A stretch of DNA of 64,000 bases from Chamaesiphon sp. (GTDB lineage: Bacteria; Cyanobacteriota; Cyanobacteriia; Cyanobacteriales; Chamaesiphonaceae), in the NCBI GenBank assembly GCA_965246715.1, contig CBDFFH010000044.1:73044-137043 (forward strand), read 5' to 3'. The translations under genes were made by a program, and so were the position numbers. The notes under the pieces are model-generated. The model did no database searches, had not been told where the DNA came from, and saw only the letters and a program-made list of their open reading frames with translations. How positions within the stretch are numbered: position 1 is the stretch's first letter; every line of letters starts with the position of its first letter. Positions 49,701-59,341 of this stretch are shown here, piece after piece.

Positions 49701-51762
49701 GATTTGCATCTAGGTAGCGGAAGTCAATCGGTAGATCGGTATCATCAAAGAGCATTTCAATCAGAATATAGCCCTCATCGATCGACTCAAATAAGGTGCG
49801 ATACTTGGCTTCTGATTCTTGCAAAGCTAGTTCTGCACGAGCGCGTTCGATCGCCGCCCACGTCCGCTCGGCGACTTCCGCGCCTAGAGTGAGATCGTCT
49901 GGTGTCCACAAGCGCGGCACAGACGTATGGACTGCCAATCCCGCGACAAATTCACCGCCTTTGACTAGGGAAATTGCCAAGTAGGCACCAATCTCAGCCG
50001 TAGCATAAGCCGCTTGTTCCTCTGGGGAGAGGTCGGGATCGGCTGCAACATCGGCGGCAGCTACAGACTGACCGTTGCGTAATGCCGCCAGTACCGTAGG
50101 GCCGAACGATTCGATCGGGTAGCTACCGCACATGGGTGTGGCACCCTTGACATAATTGCACTCGATCGCATAATTGGTACCGCGCACCTCGAAGTACACT
50201 ACCCGATTGGCACCCAGGTACTCGCCCAGCACACGGCTGGCAGTAACTTGAATCTCGACGGGATCGGCTAGTGGGCGGAGAGCATCAGCCAGGGCGATCC
50301 GAAAAGCATCAAATTTCGCAGCGAGCTGCGAAATTTTTTCTGCTTGTTTGCGCTCCGTGATGTTGGTAAACACGATCGCGACGCGGCGGCTGGTACCATC
50401 GCCAACCCTAGAAGCGTAAACATCATACCAACGGTTCATCGGGGCAGAATAATTCTCAAACCGTGCCGCTTCCCCCGTTAGTAACACGTTGCCATAGATT
50501 TCCATCCAAAAGTCTTCGAGATCCGGCACCATTTGGCGCATCGTTTTACCCACTGCATCTGCGGGTAAGCCCGTCAGGCTGAAGAAGGCTGGATTGACCT
50601 GCAAGAACCGATAATCGACTGGCTGCTCCCGATCGTCAAACAGCATCTCTATAATACAAAAGCCCTCATCGATCGACTCAAATAGGGCACGATACTCGAT
50701 CTCCGACTCGCGCAGCTCTAGAGTAGCTAATTCTAGCAGTTTGGTTTGCTCGATCGATCTCAGTTCCGCACGTTTGCGATCGGTCACATCCGCCATCAAG
50801 ATCGCCAGTCCGTCATCGGTAGGATAAACGCGATGCTCTACCCAGCAATCTACCTGCTCGTAGTAATACTCAAACTGCTCCTCGCTCCGTTCGGTCATCG
50901 CGCGGTTGAGGAGATCGAAAAATTGGATGCCCACCTGATGCGGGAATACTTCCCAAGCTTGTTTGCCCAAGACTCGTTCGCGGGGCAACTTAAAGATTTT
51001 TAACAGGCGATTATTGGCATATGTATACCGCCACTGCCGATCGAAGGTTGCAAAGCCATTGTTGAGATTCGCGACAATTCGATCGAGATTGGCTCTAGCT
51101 GTATCGGTCTCTCGTTGTAACGTCCGTTCGCGATCGCGCGCACTTAGGCGGAGTCGGGCGAGTTTCAGCGTCGCATTTACCCTCGCGACTAGTTCGCGTG
51201 CAGAAAACGGCTTGACGAGATAGTCATCCGCGCCAGCTTCGAGTCCAGCGATCCGAGATTCTTCACTATCGTGGGCGGATAACAGGATGACGGGGATATC
51301 CTGAGTTGCTGGATTAGCGCGGATCGATCGCAACAACTCCAAGCCATCCAAATTGGGCATCAGTACATCTGTCAACACCAACTCCGGCATTTGGCGATCT
51401 ATCGCCGCGATCGCCGCCACACCATCAACGGCAATTTCTACCTGATAAGATTGACTCAACAACCGCTGTAGATAATCGCACATCACAATATCATCATCAG
51501 CGAGGATGATTCTCGGACGCTCGATCGAGGGCATCGTCAGCAGTAGATCGAGCGGATCTGGCAAAACTACATCCATTCCATCGATCGAGCCAAAGGCAAC
51601 AGCACACTCTCGTCCGGTTATCACCTCAATGCATAGGTTTTCTGCCCGATCGTCAGCATTAGAGATCGCCATTGCGCTGCCCTTGACAAAAATTCGATCG
51701 GCAGGTACTTCTTGGGCGGGACGTAACATGACAATGACCCCTGTTGCTGAAGATCTACGCAT
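46765..51762 (-). CDS. Multi-sensor histidine kinase (REC, several PAS and GAF, HisKA, HATPase)
   Basis: RIILADDD..LTDVLMP..DYLVKPFS; PAS/GAF segments; VSHDLKAPL; NLISNAFKH, DDGPGI, TGIGL; start uncertain. Confidence 0.9.
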   Translation of the reverse strand: MRRSSATGVIVMLRPAQEVPADRIFVKGSAMAISNADDRAENLCIEVITGRECAVAFGSIDGMDVVLPDPLDLLLTMPSIERPRIILADDDIVMCDYLQRLLSQSYQVEIAVDGVAAIAAIDRQMPELVLTDVLMPNLDGLELLRSIRANPATQDIPVILLSAHDSEESRIAGLEAGADDYLVKPFSARELVARVNATLKLARLRLSARDRERTLQRETDTARANLDRIVANLNNGFATFDRQWRYTYANNRLLKIFKLPRERVLGKQAWEVFPHQVGIQFFDLLNRAMTERSEEQFEYYYEQVDCWVEHRVYPTDDGLAILMADVTDRKRAELRSIEQTKLLELATLELRESEIEYRALFESIDEGFCIIEMLFDDREQPVDYRFLQVNPAFFSLTGLPADAVGKTMRQMVPDLEDFWMEIYGNVLLTGEAARFENYSAPMNRWYDVYASRVGDGTSRRVAIVFTNITERKQAEKISQLAAKFDAFRIALADALRPLADPVEIQVTASRVLGEYLGANRVVYFEVRGTNYAIECNYVKGATPMCGSYPIESFGPTVLAALRNGQSVAAADVAADPDLSPEEQAAYATAEIGAYLAISLVKGGEFVAGLAVHTSVPRLWTPDDLTLGAEVAERTWAAIERARAELALQESEAKYRTLFESIDEGYILIEMLFDDTDLPIDFRYLDANPAAVTMLGGNPIGWRMREVFPSLEGHWFETLGRVAQTGIGERDELDASSLGAWYNFYAFKIDNADSRQVAVIFEDITARKRHEANTAFLTAIQDDFARLTTADEIMQTVGEKLSRYLDTSQCLFTEIDEAQDRATVEYNWHDPDLLDLVGVYQISEFVNAEFYRAVRARATIVVSNTQTDPRTNADRYAAFNVHAFVHVPFHRGNNWKYLLTINDVRSRDWREDEIELIYEVANRLFPRVERARAEAIVAYNLRDTQLLRELGARLVSEEDFQTLYREILAAAIELTGADAGTIQILDESTQDLCIIASQGIPLNLSEHFARVDVSSDTSCGIALCSGSRTFVDFDVPQHLDPHGSMRLHVEAGLLSAQSTPLISRTGKPIGMVSTHWRTRHRPSDRQIQFLDLLARQAADTIEQRQTTAALRDREEQLRLATAASKLGLWFWNLETDILTWTEQCKAIFGLPADVEMSYEVFQAALHPDDRQRTHAAVIRSMAERTDYDIEYRSCWPDGSIHWIAAKGSCTYDNTGTPIQMLGVAIDITERKRVEEALRVSEAQLAVELADMQQLQQISSQLICEDNIDVLYQQIVDAAIALMAADLGSVYMLDPDQNRLRLLASRGLHPTAVEQWQSIGLDSNTASGQAAASGEPTFISDVETCNLPMGSVDLDCARLSGIKAVHSTPLVSRNGRIVGTICTQWRTPQQPSVRRLRLLDVLARQVADLLDRKQAEEALAERARELADLNSRLAQSEIQLQERNQELNSFVHIVSHDLKAPLRAVANLSQWIEEDFEGTVSANTTEQMNLLRGRIYRMEGMIDGLLEYARVGRQDLQVELVSVADLLNEVIESIDPPPTFKLDIASQMPTLAAKRLLLSQVFANLISNAFKHHDRSDGCIRISSRELGDSYEFAICDDGPGIAPEYRDRVFVIFQSANPQKNADSTGIGLSIVKKIVETAGGQIWLESELGKGTTFYFTWPLRPATG

Positions 51763-51805
51763 CTAATTTTAGTGTAAAGTTCTCAGTCGCAACAAGCTAT
51801 TTAAT

Positions 51806-52408
51806 CTAATCTCCACCACCACCATCGCTGCTGCTACCACTATCGCTACTGCCACTATCATAGCTACCACTGCTACCACCATCGTAGCTACTACTTTCAC
51901 CGCCGTCACCACTACCCCAAAAACTCGAGCCACCGCCGCCATCGTCACTGCTAGGATTGGATTCATCCACAGAAGTATCACGATCGGTAACTAGCGCTCC
52001 AGCTTCGATCGCCTCAGACGTGCTAAAAGTATTATCGGGCAGCGAGAGACATTCGCTAATTTCACTCCGCATCGCATCGTAATCGCACACTTCACCGATC
52101 GAGCGATGATATTCGATGAAATCAGCACGATCGGCATACATCGCAATCCCGTAACAGTCGCGATCGCTACTCCATCCCGATTCTGTTATCGTAGTTTTGA
52201 TTTTGTCTGGTGGATATTTTTCTCGAACTCCATAGCGTTCCTGTAATTTCTGGCCGAGTTGTTTGGAGTATGTCCGAATTGCCACCTGCTTGTCATCGTA
52301 GCGACGCGATCGCTTAAAATTGCGCTGCTTCCGCTTAGACGACCTAATTATCCCACTCGCTACAAACACGAAGATCGCGATGACAAAAATCAGCAATACA
52401 TAAGCCAT
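51806..52408 (-). CDS. Membrane-anchored hypothetical protein (DUF6559-like) with Gly/Ser/Asp tail
   Basis: N-terminal TM; AIRTY...L...L..RYG....Y; FIEYH...GE.CDY..MR.EI. Confidence 0.6.
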   Translation of the reverse strand: MAYVLLIFVIAIFVFVASGIIRSSKRKQRNFKRSRRYDDKQVAIRTYSKQLGQKLQERYGVREKYPPDKIKTTITESGWSSDRDCYGIAMYADRADFIEYHRSIGEVCDYDAMRSEISECLSLPDNTFSTSEAIEAGALVTDRDTSVDESNPSSDDGGGGSSFWGSGDGGESSSYDGGSSGSYDSGSSDSGSSSDGGGGD

Positions 52409-52469
52409 AGTATTTCAGCCATGCTATTCGATCGTCAGTGTAACATGGCGTCGACACTAGATATTAATT

Positions 52470-52712
52470 AACGTGAGTTCGGGTTAAGGATATTTGCTTC
52501 GTTCTAGTACCACCAACGATTGTGTCTTGTTGCGCTTTTTACGTCGGGAAACCCTTGGAGGGAACCTCCAATAACGACGAGCGCGCACCGCAAATCGTGG
52601 CTAGTAATGCAAAGTCCGCCTTCGCGGACTAGAATATTAGTCCGCGAAGGCGGACTTTGCATCATGAGCAGAGACTTCAGTCTCTAAGCTTTTCTTAACC
52701 CGAACTCACGTT
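52470..52712. mobile_element. MITE family A copy 4 with doubly nested inserts
   Basis: aacgtgagttcgggttaag ... cttaacccgaactcacgtt; AATT on both sides; colinear with copy 3 except for a ~68-nt insert. Confidence 0.88.
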
Positions 52713-52714
52713 AA

Positions 52715-53362
52715 TTAAGCATTTTTGTGCGCGATGACGGCATAAAATGGATCGCCACCACCCATACCCAGCAAGCGAAACACATCGGGAACATTACTAA
52801 TCTGACTGACTACTTCTGGCTGACTAAATCCAGGTACTGACCGAAAATACCCTTTAACTAATTCCACCCGATCGCTCTCGCTGGCATCTCGCCAAGCGGA
52901 GATCGCTTTATTATAAAACATCCGATTGGAAAAGCTAAAAATGGCAATCCCATTTGGCTTGAGAATCCGATAAATCTCCGCAAAGATCGCTTCGGGATAT
53001 TGGAGATATTGAACGGATACTGTATTTAAAACAGCATCGAAGCTACTATCTTCCAATGGTAGCTTTAAATCCTGATTGAGGTTCTGAACGAAATAACGAT
53101 CGAATCGGGGATTTTTGGCTAATTCCGCTTCATTTAAACCATGACCCTGGACATATGCAAACTCGATCTCCTCGGGCAGATGCGAGACCCAACTACTCAT
53201 CATGTCAAAGATGTGCATCTCGGGCGTAAGCCGCTCGCGATATAAACTTGTCAATCTGTCGATAAATCCTTCATCTACATGCGTGACAAAGCGCGGCGCA
53301 CTGTAAAATTCGCGATCGTTTCCACCATCTAATTTTTGACGTTGTTCGGGTTTGAGTAGCAT
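52715..53362 (-). CDS. Class I SAM-dependent methyltransferase
   Basis: FY..PRFVTHVD, DMMSSWVSHLP, SVQYLQYP, FSFSNRMF. Confidence 0.88.
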   Translation of the reverse strand: MLLKPEQRQKLDGGNDREFYSAPRFVTHVDEGFIDRLTSLYRERLTPEMHIFDMMSSWVSHLPEEIEFAYVQGHGLNEAELAKNPRFDRYFVQNLNQDLKLPLEDSSFDAVLNTVSVQYLQYPEAIFAEIYRILKPNGIAIFSFSNRMFYNKAISAWRDASESDRVELVKGYFRSVPGFSQPEVVSQISNVPDVFRLLGMGGGDPFYAVIAHKNA

Positions 53363-53448
53363 CTGGAGATCGAGTGTGTGGTTGCTAGGTATGAATCGAG
53401 CTATCTCTCTCTACTATCCCCGATTACCGATCGGGTTGCCACTAGTAA

Positions 53449-53832
53449 CTAAAACTTCAAACCAACTTGACCGTTGATGCCCCGAACTGAGTTATAACCG
53501 ATCCCAAAAAACGTATTCCCAGGGGGAGTGAACTGAACGCCACCCGAATAAGCCACTGTACTCCCATAAATTCCCAACCCCGCATACGGCGAGACAAAGG
53601 GAAAACTAAAAAACTTCAATGCATCGACACCAGTAACACTCTTGGGGCCAGTACCGAGTTCGACCCCAAAGTCAAAAAACCTCGCCCCAACGCCATAGGT
53701 GACCGTACTATCTTTGCTGCCTACTGTCACCCAAGGCTGAGGAACTAGCTGTGCGGCGGCGGGTGTTACCGACATCAGACCGATCGCGGTTAGAATAACG
53801 TAAATCGATACACAGATTGACTTTAACTGCAT
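53449..53832 (-). CDS. Small secreted, probable outer-membrane beta-strand protein
   Basis: Signal peptide; alternating beta pattern; ends with GLKF. Confidence 0.6.
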   Translation of the reverse strand: MQLKSICVSIYVILTAIGLMSVTPAAAQLVPQPWVTVGSKDSTVTYGVGARFFDFGVELGTGPKSVTGVDALKFFSFPFVSPYAGLGIYGSTVAYSGGVQFTPPGNTFFGIGYNSVRGINGQVGLKF

Positions 53833-54032
53833 TAGTAATACTCCGAGAAATACCGCAAGACACGAGTAGAATATTCAGACAGCTTAATCTTGCTGTGCTG
53901 CGTTGCTTAAATATGACTGACGATAGCTCGACCAGATTGTTTCAGTGCTGGTGGAGATCGACTATAAATTCATCATTCATCATTCATACTTCGACTACGC
54001 TCAGTACGAGTAATTCATAATTTAGAAGGTTT

Positions 54033-54728
54033 ATGCGAATTATTACTGACTTTGATGGGCCGATTATGGATTTGTCCGATCGCTATTATTATGTGTATCA
54101 GTTTTGTTTGGAACGAGTCAAACTCCCACACCAATCGCTCGTACCATTGTTGCAAGCTGAATTTTGGCAGCGCAAACGCGCCTGCGTTCCGGAGCGACAA
54201 ATCGGGATCGAGTCGGGACTAACACCGTCCCAAGCAGACGCATTCAAACAACTGCGCGATCTTCATGCTCATCAATTACAATACTTGGATCTCGATCGAG
54301 TCGTGCCAGGGGCGATTGCGGCGCTCGAACGCATCCAGGCGGCAGGGATCGAGCTACTCGTGATGACACTGCGGCATACCAGACAGTTAAATCCAGCGTT
54401 GGAGCGATACGATTTAGCGCGGTTTTTTCCACCCCACTGTCGCTATTGTCGGCCTGATGACTATGTGAGACAAGGCGATATTCAAGATAAAACTAAGCTG
54501 ATGGCTCGATCGATTGCCGAATTGGGAGCAGATCCAGCGACCTGGATGGTCGGCGATACCGAAGCCGATATCATTGCGGCCCAAACCTATGATATTCCGG
54601 CGATTGGTGTCTTATCGGGTATCCGCGATCGCGAGCAATTAGTGCGATATCAGCCGAATAAAATCTTCCCAGATTTTGCCACTGCTGTTGATGCGATCTT
54701 TCAACAAATAGACGCACAAAAATTGTAG
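54033..54728 (+). CDS. HAD-family hydrolase
   Basis: TDFDGPI, MVGDTEADI. Confidence 0.88.
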   Translation: MRIITDFDGPIMDLSDRYYYVYQFCLERVKLPHQSLVPLLQAEFWQRKRACVPERQIGIESGLTPSQADAFKQLRDLHAHQLQYLDLDRVVPGAIAALERIQAAGIELLVMTLRHTRQLNPALERYDLARFFPPHCRYCRPDDYVRQGDIQDKTKLMARSIAELGADPATWMVGDTEADIIAAQTYDIPAIGVLSGIRDREQLVRYQPNKIFPDFATAVDAIFQQIDAQKL

Positions 54729-54801
54729 GGGTGCTTTAGCTAGTTATCCCTACAGTTGCGGACGATCTGGTGTATTTGTTGGTAGCGATCGAAACTATAA
54801 C

Positions 54802-55425
54802 TTACTTAGTAAAACTGCTCGTCACCCATAGACATACGAAAGTCAGTAATGCTGCAAATACCTCTCCGTGCAGCCTGACGCGTTCGACGGGGAGATGCGC
54901 CGAATTTACTAGCAATCCAGCCACAAGCATCCCGATCGCCAGTGCCAGGAAACTGCCCAGCAGAGCGCGCTTAAATCTGCGTTGCTTCTGATTGATGAAA
55001 TACAGACTAAATCCAGTTCCTAGCGCCATTAATGTGGGTAAGCCCGCATCTGCGATTCTGGGTACCAAGGCTGCTCCAGCTAGTACCGCATATACTCCCG
55101 ATGTTGTCAAAACTTCCGATTGACTAGGACGCTCGAATGTATCGCTCAGCCAGCTAGGAGAATTGGCAAGCGACGGAGGCGTAAATTTTGGGACGACAGT
55201 GAGCAGCTTTTCGGGAAACCTAATTTCTTCAGGTACCTTAATCTTGTTTTGTTGACGGAGTTTGAGCCGCTCCATCAAGATGGCATCATATGCTGCTTCG
55301 ATATTATTCTGGAGCATGTCATCTCCCCCCAACTGAGCGAGGACACGCTGTTTGGCAGCTTGAATCTCTTCAAAGGTGGCATCTTTCGATACCCCTAGCT
55401 GCTCGTAAGGACTCTGCTGACTCAT
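54802..55425 (-). CDS. CPP1-like (J-like, DUF3353) membrane protein
   Basis: PYEQLGVS.DATFEEIQ.A, IEAAYDAILMERL.LRQ..KIKVP. Confidence 0.85.
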   Translation of the reverse strand: MSQQSPYEQLGVSKDATFEEIQAAKQRVLAQLGGDDMLQNNIEAAYDAILMERLKLRQQNKIKVPEEIRFPEKLLTVVPKFTPPSLANSPSWLSDTFERPSQSEVLTTSGVYAVLAGAALVPRIADAGLPTLMALGTGFSLYFINQKQRRFKRALLGSFLALAIGMLVAGLLVNSAHLPVERVRLHGEVFAALLTFVCLWVTSSFTK

Positions 55426-55551
55426 CCACAACCTCCGATCGATGGTCTCCATCTGCTACTTCTTAACTCTAGACTGCTTTGGCTAGATCTGCCACTTTTG
55501 CAAGCAAATGTTAAGAAAGAAGGTAGAGGCTAACTAATAACCAATAACCAA

Positions 55552-56130
55552 CTAAAACTCACCTTTGACTTGCAAGCCGAGGATGGTATTACCTTGGGCA
55601 TCCTGGCGGATCAGGGGAAATAACAGCAATCCGCGTTTTTGGCCGAGTTCGATTTCGCCGACTAAATAGCCTAAACCAGCACCGACGAGGACATCTACCA
55701 AGCGATGGCGATTGAGATCGAGACGGGAATAACCGATTAGGGCTGCGCCACTGTACCAAAGAATTGCATAATCAGGATGGTAATGGCTTTGGATGCGCGC
55801 GAGTGCGAAGGCAGTAGTCGCGTGACAACTAGGAAAACTATCGAGTTCTCGCTCGTTGTCAGGGCGGGGGGATGTGATGACTGATTTGAGTCCGTAGCAT
55901 AGCGCGGCACTAGTTCCGACAGCATCGACTACTCTGAGGGCGTGCTGTCCGCCATCGGCACCATCTGTTAGCAATGGCAGTAACGAGCCGCCACCGAGAT
56001 ACAAGATCGTCCCAGTACCAGAAACAAAATCAGAAAATCCTTTATTAGCAGTTTGCGCTTGCACTTTGGGCGGACAGATGAGTCCGCAGAGAAGGATAAT
56101 AGCCGCGATCGAACGTTGTTGCCAAGACAT
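55552..56130 (-). CDS. PAP2-family phosphatase
   Basis: K......RP, SFPSCH, SRL....H...D. Confidence 0.85.
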   Translation of the reverse strand: MSWQQRSIAAIILLCGLICPPKVQAQTANKGFSDFVSGTGTILYLGGGSLLPLLTDGADGGQHALRVVDAVGTSAALCYGLKSVITSPRPDNERELDSFPSCHATTAFALARIQSHYHPDYAILWYSGAALIGYSRLDLNRHRLVDVLVGAGLGYLVGEIELGQKRGLLLFPLIRQDAQGNTILGLQVKGEF

Positions 56131-56362
56131 AGTTACTGGGGTAGGGATTGGTTGTCAGCAATCGAGAATTATGGTTTCAGAGGCGTTACACTACCCCGAT
56201 CCGCTCGCTAAGTTGGAGTCACTATATCATAGGGTCGATCGCGATCCTTGCGACCGAGATTGAGATCGTCCAAATCGACCAGATTTCCGAGTTGGTTGTC
56301 GGAAATAGGTCGAGAGCGGATGTAGATTGTTTATAATTCAATCGAGACATCAATTATTATTA

Positions 56363-56902
56363 ATGCCGATGAATAAATTCCAGTTAGCTACACTTGGAAT
56401 CTGTACTGCAATTGCCACCATCTGGATGCCACTCATCGCATTTGCCGAAGCTAATCCCAGCCAACTTACTCCCGATCGACAATCGATCGCTAGTCTCGAT
56501 ACCGCGATCCAACAAAATCCTCGCGATCTCGATGCTTATCTTCAACGCGGCAGATTGAATGCTAAGCTCGATCGCAGCTTGTTGGCGATCGCCGATTATA
56601 CTGAAATAATTCGCCTCGATCCAAACCATGCGGTCGCTTATAACGATCGAGCGATGGTCAAGCTCAATCTCAAAGATTATTGGGGCGCTTATCTCGATTA
56701 CTCTCAGGTAGTGCGACTACTTCCAGACAAAGCAATCGTCTATAACAATCGCGCTGCCGCTCGTCATCAATTGGGAGACTGCAAGGGTGCAATTGCCGAT
56801 CTCAGGATTGCCGCCGAGTTATTTCGCCAACAGGGCGATCGCTCCAATTATCAATTAACGATGGACAATCTCAAATATTTCCAGCGATCGCTCAAACGTT
56901 AA
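56363..56902 (+). CDS. Secreted TPR protein
   Basis: Signal-like N-terminus; AY..RG / AI.DY TPR units. Confidence 0.8.
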   Translation: MPMNKFQLATLGICTAIATIWMPLIAFAEANPSQLTPDRQSIASLDTAIQQNPRDLDAYLQRGRLNAKLDRSLLAIADYTEIIRLDPNHAVAYNDRAMVKLNLKDYWGAYLDYSQVVRLLPDKAIVYNNRAAARHQLGDCKGAIADLRIAAELFRQQGDRSNYQLTMDNLKYFQRSLKR

Positions 56903-56936
56903 CTATCGATCCTCCCAGAAACTATCCTTTTTAAAT

Positions 56937-58955
56937 ATGCTGCTAGGCCATAGATATCGCGGGATTTCATCGGTGCGACTTACGCCGTCTCGGCTTACTT
57001 ATTTGCTGCCAGCAACGCTTGTTGGCTTAGCAGCAATTTGTCTATTCCCTCAAGCCAGTTTTGGGATGTCCGCAGCAGAAGTAGCCAAGATTGCCAAAAG
57101 TACTGCCGTCACGATCGATAGCGATTCATCCCACGGATCGGGAATTATCATCCAGCAGCAAGGTAACCAGTATCTAGTGCTGACAGCGGCACATGTGGTA
57201 CGCGGCAATCCACAAAGCTATAAAATTATCACGACGGACGATCTTCCCCATCAGCTCCAGCCTACCGTAATTCAACCGCTGGCGGGAGTCGATCTGGCTG
57301 TGGTTAAATTTACGAGCGATAAGCGCTATCAAGTGCCAAAATTAGGCAATGCCAATGAGTCTACGGAAGGAACGACGATTTACGTGTCGGGTTACCCGTT
57401 GGGCACGGAAGCAATAAACCGCTCGGTGTTTAATTTTACCGATGGCAAAGTTACCGCCAATAGTAGCAAACCATTAAAAGACGGTTACTCGCTAATTTAT
57501 AGTAACAACACCTTGCCCGGAATGAGTGGCGGCGGAGTATTTAATGAAAATGGCGAGTTGGTTGCCATTCATGGTAAAGGCGATGTCGATACCAAAATTA
57601 CCACCTCAAACATCAATCCCGACGTTAGGGTTAAAACTGGATTTAATCTCGGAATTCCAATTAATACCTTTCAGCAATTAGCCAGCAAGATTGGAATTAC
57701 TACTGGTAATACTAGCGCCATTGTTGCTAGTAATTCGCAGCCCAAGGCAGATGATTTCATCTTAGCTGGATTCGATCGAGTCTCGAAAAAAGATTTTGCA
57801 GGTTCGGTTACCGAATTTAGTAAGGCAATTGCGATCGATCCTAAACTAGTCACAGCTAGATTTTGGCGCGGATCTTGCCTGTTATTAATGGGGGATGCGC
57901 GCGCGGCAATTGCCGATCTGACTAAAACGATCGAACTCAACCCCAATAAGGTCGAAGCTTATATGTATCGTGGCTCTGCCTATGCTAAAATCGGCAACCG
58001 CCAACAGGCAATTGCCGATCTCGACAAGGCAGCAGCACTCAAGCCTAACTCAGATCTGGTCTATGGCAATCGGTGTAGTCTCAAATTCCAATTGGGCGAT
58101 TACCAGGGCGCAATCGCCGATTGCAATCGGGCGATTCAACTCAATCCTTACGATCGGTATTATTATAGTTCGCGCGGATCGGCATATTATCAACTCGATC
58201 GCTATCAAGAAGCGATCGCCGACCACAATATCTCGATTAAAATCGATGCTCTCAATAGTTTCGGCTATCTCAGTCGTGGTTTAGCACGAGTTGGCGCGGG
58301 CGATCTCAATGGCGCGATCGATGATTATACGATCGCGCTCCAACTTGAAACTCAGCCTCAATTTCTCGCAGTGCTCTACAGTGCGCGCGGACAAGCTCGA
58401 TATCGCACCAAAAATCGCCAAGCAGCAATTAGCGATTTCACCGCGAGTTTGCGGTTCGCACCTACCAATTCCGAAGCGTATTTTTTCCGGGCCAATACTT
58501 ATTATGAAAATGGCAATCGCCAAGCCGCAATTGCTGATTTAGACCGAGCGATTAAATTCGATACCAAATCTGCCGAAGCTTATTTATTGCGTGGTGTCGT
58601 GCGTACTGAGGGTAATGAATCCCGTCAAGCACTTGAAGATTTCGATACTGTCTTGAAACTCAATCCGAAGCTTACATCGATTGTCTTAGCCAATCGTGGT
58701 ATCGCGAAGGTCAAATTAGGCGATCGGCGTGGCGCACTCGCTGACTTCGATCGAACGATCTCACTCGATAAAGAGGTGCCCAAAGCATACTACCAGAGGG
58801 GTTTACTCAAGGCGCAATTACGAGACAAACCAGGTGCGATCGCCGATCTCCAAGCTGCGGCTGACTTGTATTTAAAACTTAAAAATCAAGAAAAATATCA
58901 GCAGATAATTGCCAAGATTGCTGATTTAAAGCGCGGCAATATTAATTCTCGCTGA
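56937..58955 (+). CDS. Trypsin-like serine protease with TPR repeats
   Basis: LTAAHV, DLAV, GMSGG triad; about 10 TPRs. Confidence 0.9.
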   Translation: MLLGHRYRGISSVRLTPSRLTYLLPATLVGLAAICLFPQASFGMSAAEVAKIAKSTAVTIDSDSSHGSGIIIQQQGNQYLVLTAAHVVRGNPQSYKIITTDDLPHQLQPTVIQPLAGVDLAVVKFTSDKRYQVPKLGNANESTEGTTIYVSGYPLGTEAINRSVFNFTDGKVTANSSKPLKDGYSLIYSNNTLPGMSGGGVFNENGELVAIHGKGDVDTKITTSNINPDVRVKTGFNLGIPINTFQQLASKIGITTGNTSAIVASNSQPKADDFILAGFDRVSKKDFAGSVTEFSKAIAIDPKLVTARFWRGSCLLLMGDARAAIADLTKTIELNPNKVEAYMYRGSAYAKIGNRQQAIADLDKAAALKPNSDLVYGNRCSLKFQLGDYQGAIADCNRAIQLNPYDRYYYSSRGSAYYQLDRYQEAIADHNISIKIDALNSFGYLSRGLARVGAGDLNGAIDDYTIALQLETQPQFLAVLYSARGQARYRTKNRQAAISDFTASLRFAPTNSEAYFFRANTYYENGNRQAAIADLDRAIKFDTKSAEAYLLRGVVRTEGNESRQALEDFDTVLKLNPKLTSIVLANRGIAKVKLGDRRGALADFDRTISLDKEVPKAYYQRGLLKAQLRDKPGAIADLQAAADLYLKLKNQEKYQQIIAKIADLKRGNINSR

Positions 58956-59341
58956 AGTTTCACGTTCGTACGCAACATTCATTAGTAGTCTATTAGCACT
59001 AGTACGCGATCTAACTCGATCTATTTAGAGCGGCGATCCGTCAAAAGTTGTAAATCTAGTGTAGACTACATTAAATAAACTACAGCTCTCGGTGTATTTT
59101 CGGTCAGACACTCTCCGGTAGCAATTGTAGCTTTTACAATAGAGCTGAATATCTCAAATCTCAAGCTTTGTGACAGTTCGCTCCCCTAACTCAACTTTAA
59201 TCGCTAAGTGCTAACGATCGAGATAACTCGATTGTTTCAAATATTAGAAATAACTTATTATTTACTAAGCCGCAATAGCATTTTCAGAAGCGGGTTTCAC
59301 TGCTACTTACAGGCGGGGAAGTTTATGGATCGGATGTTCGG

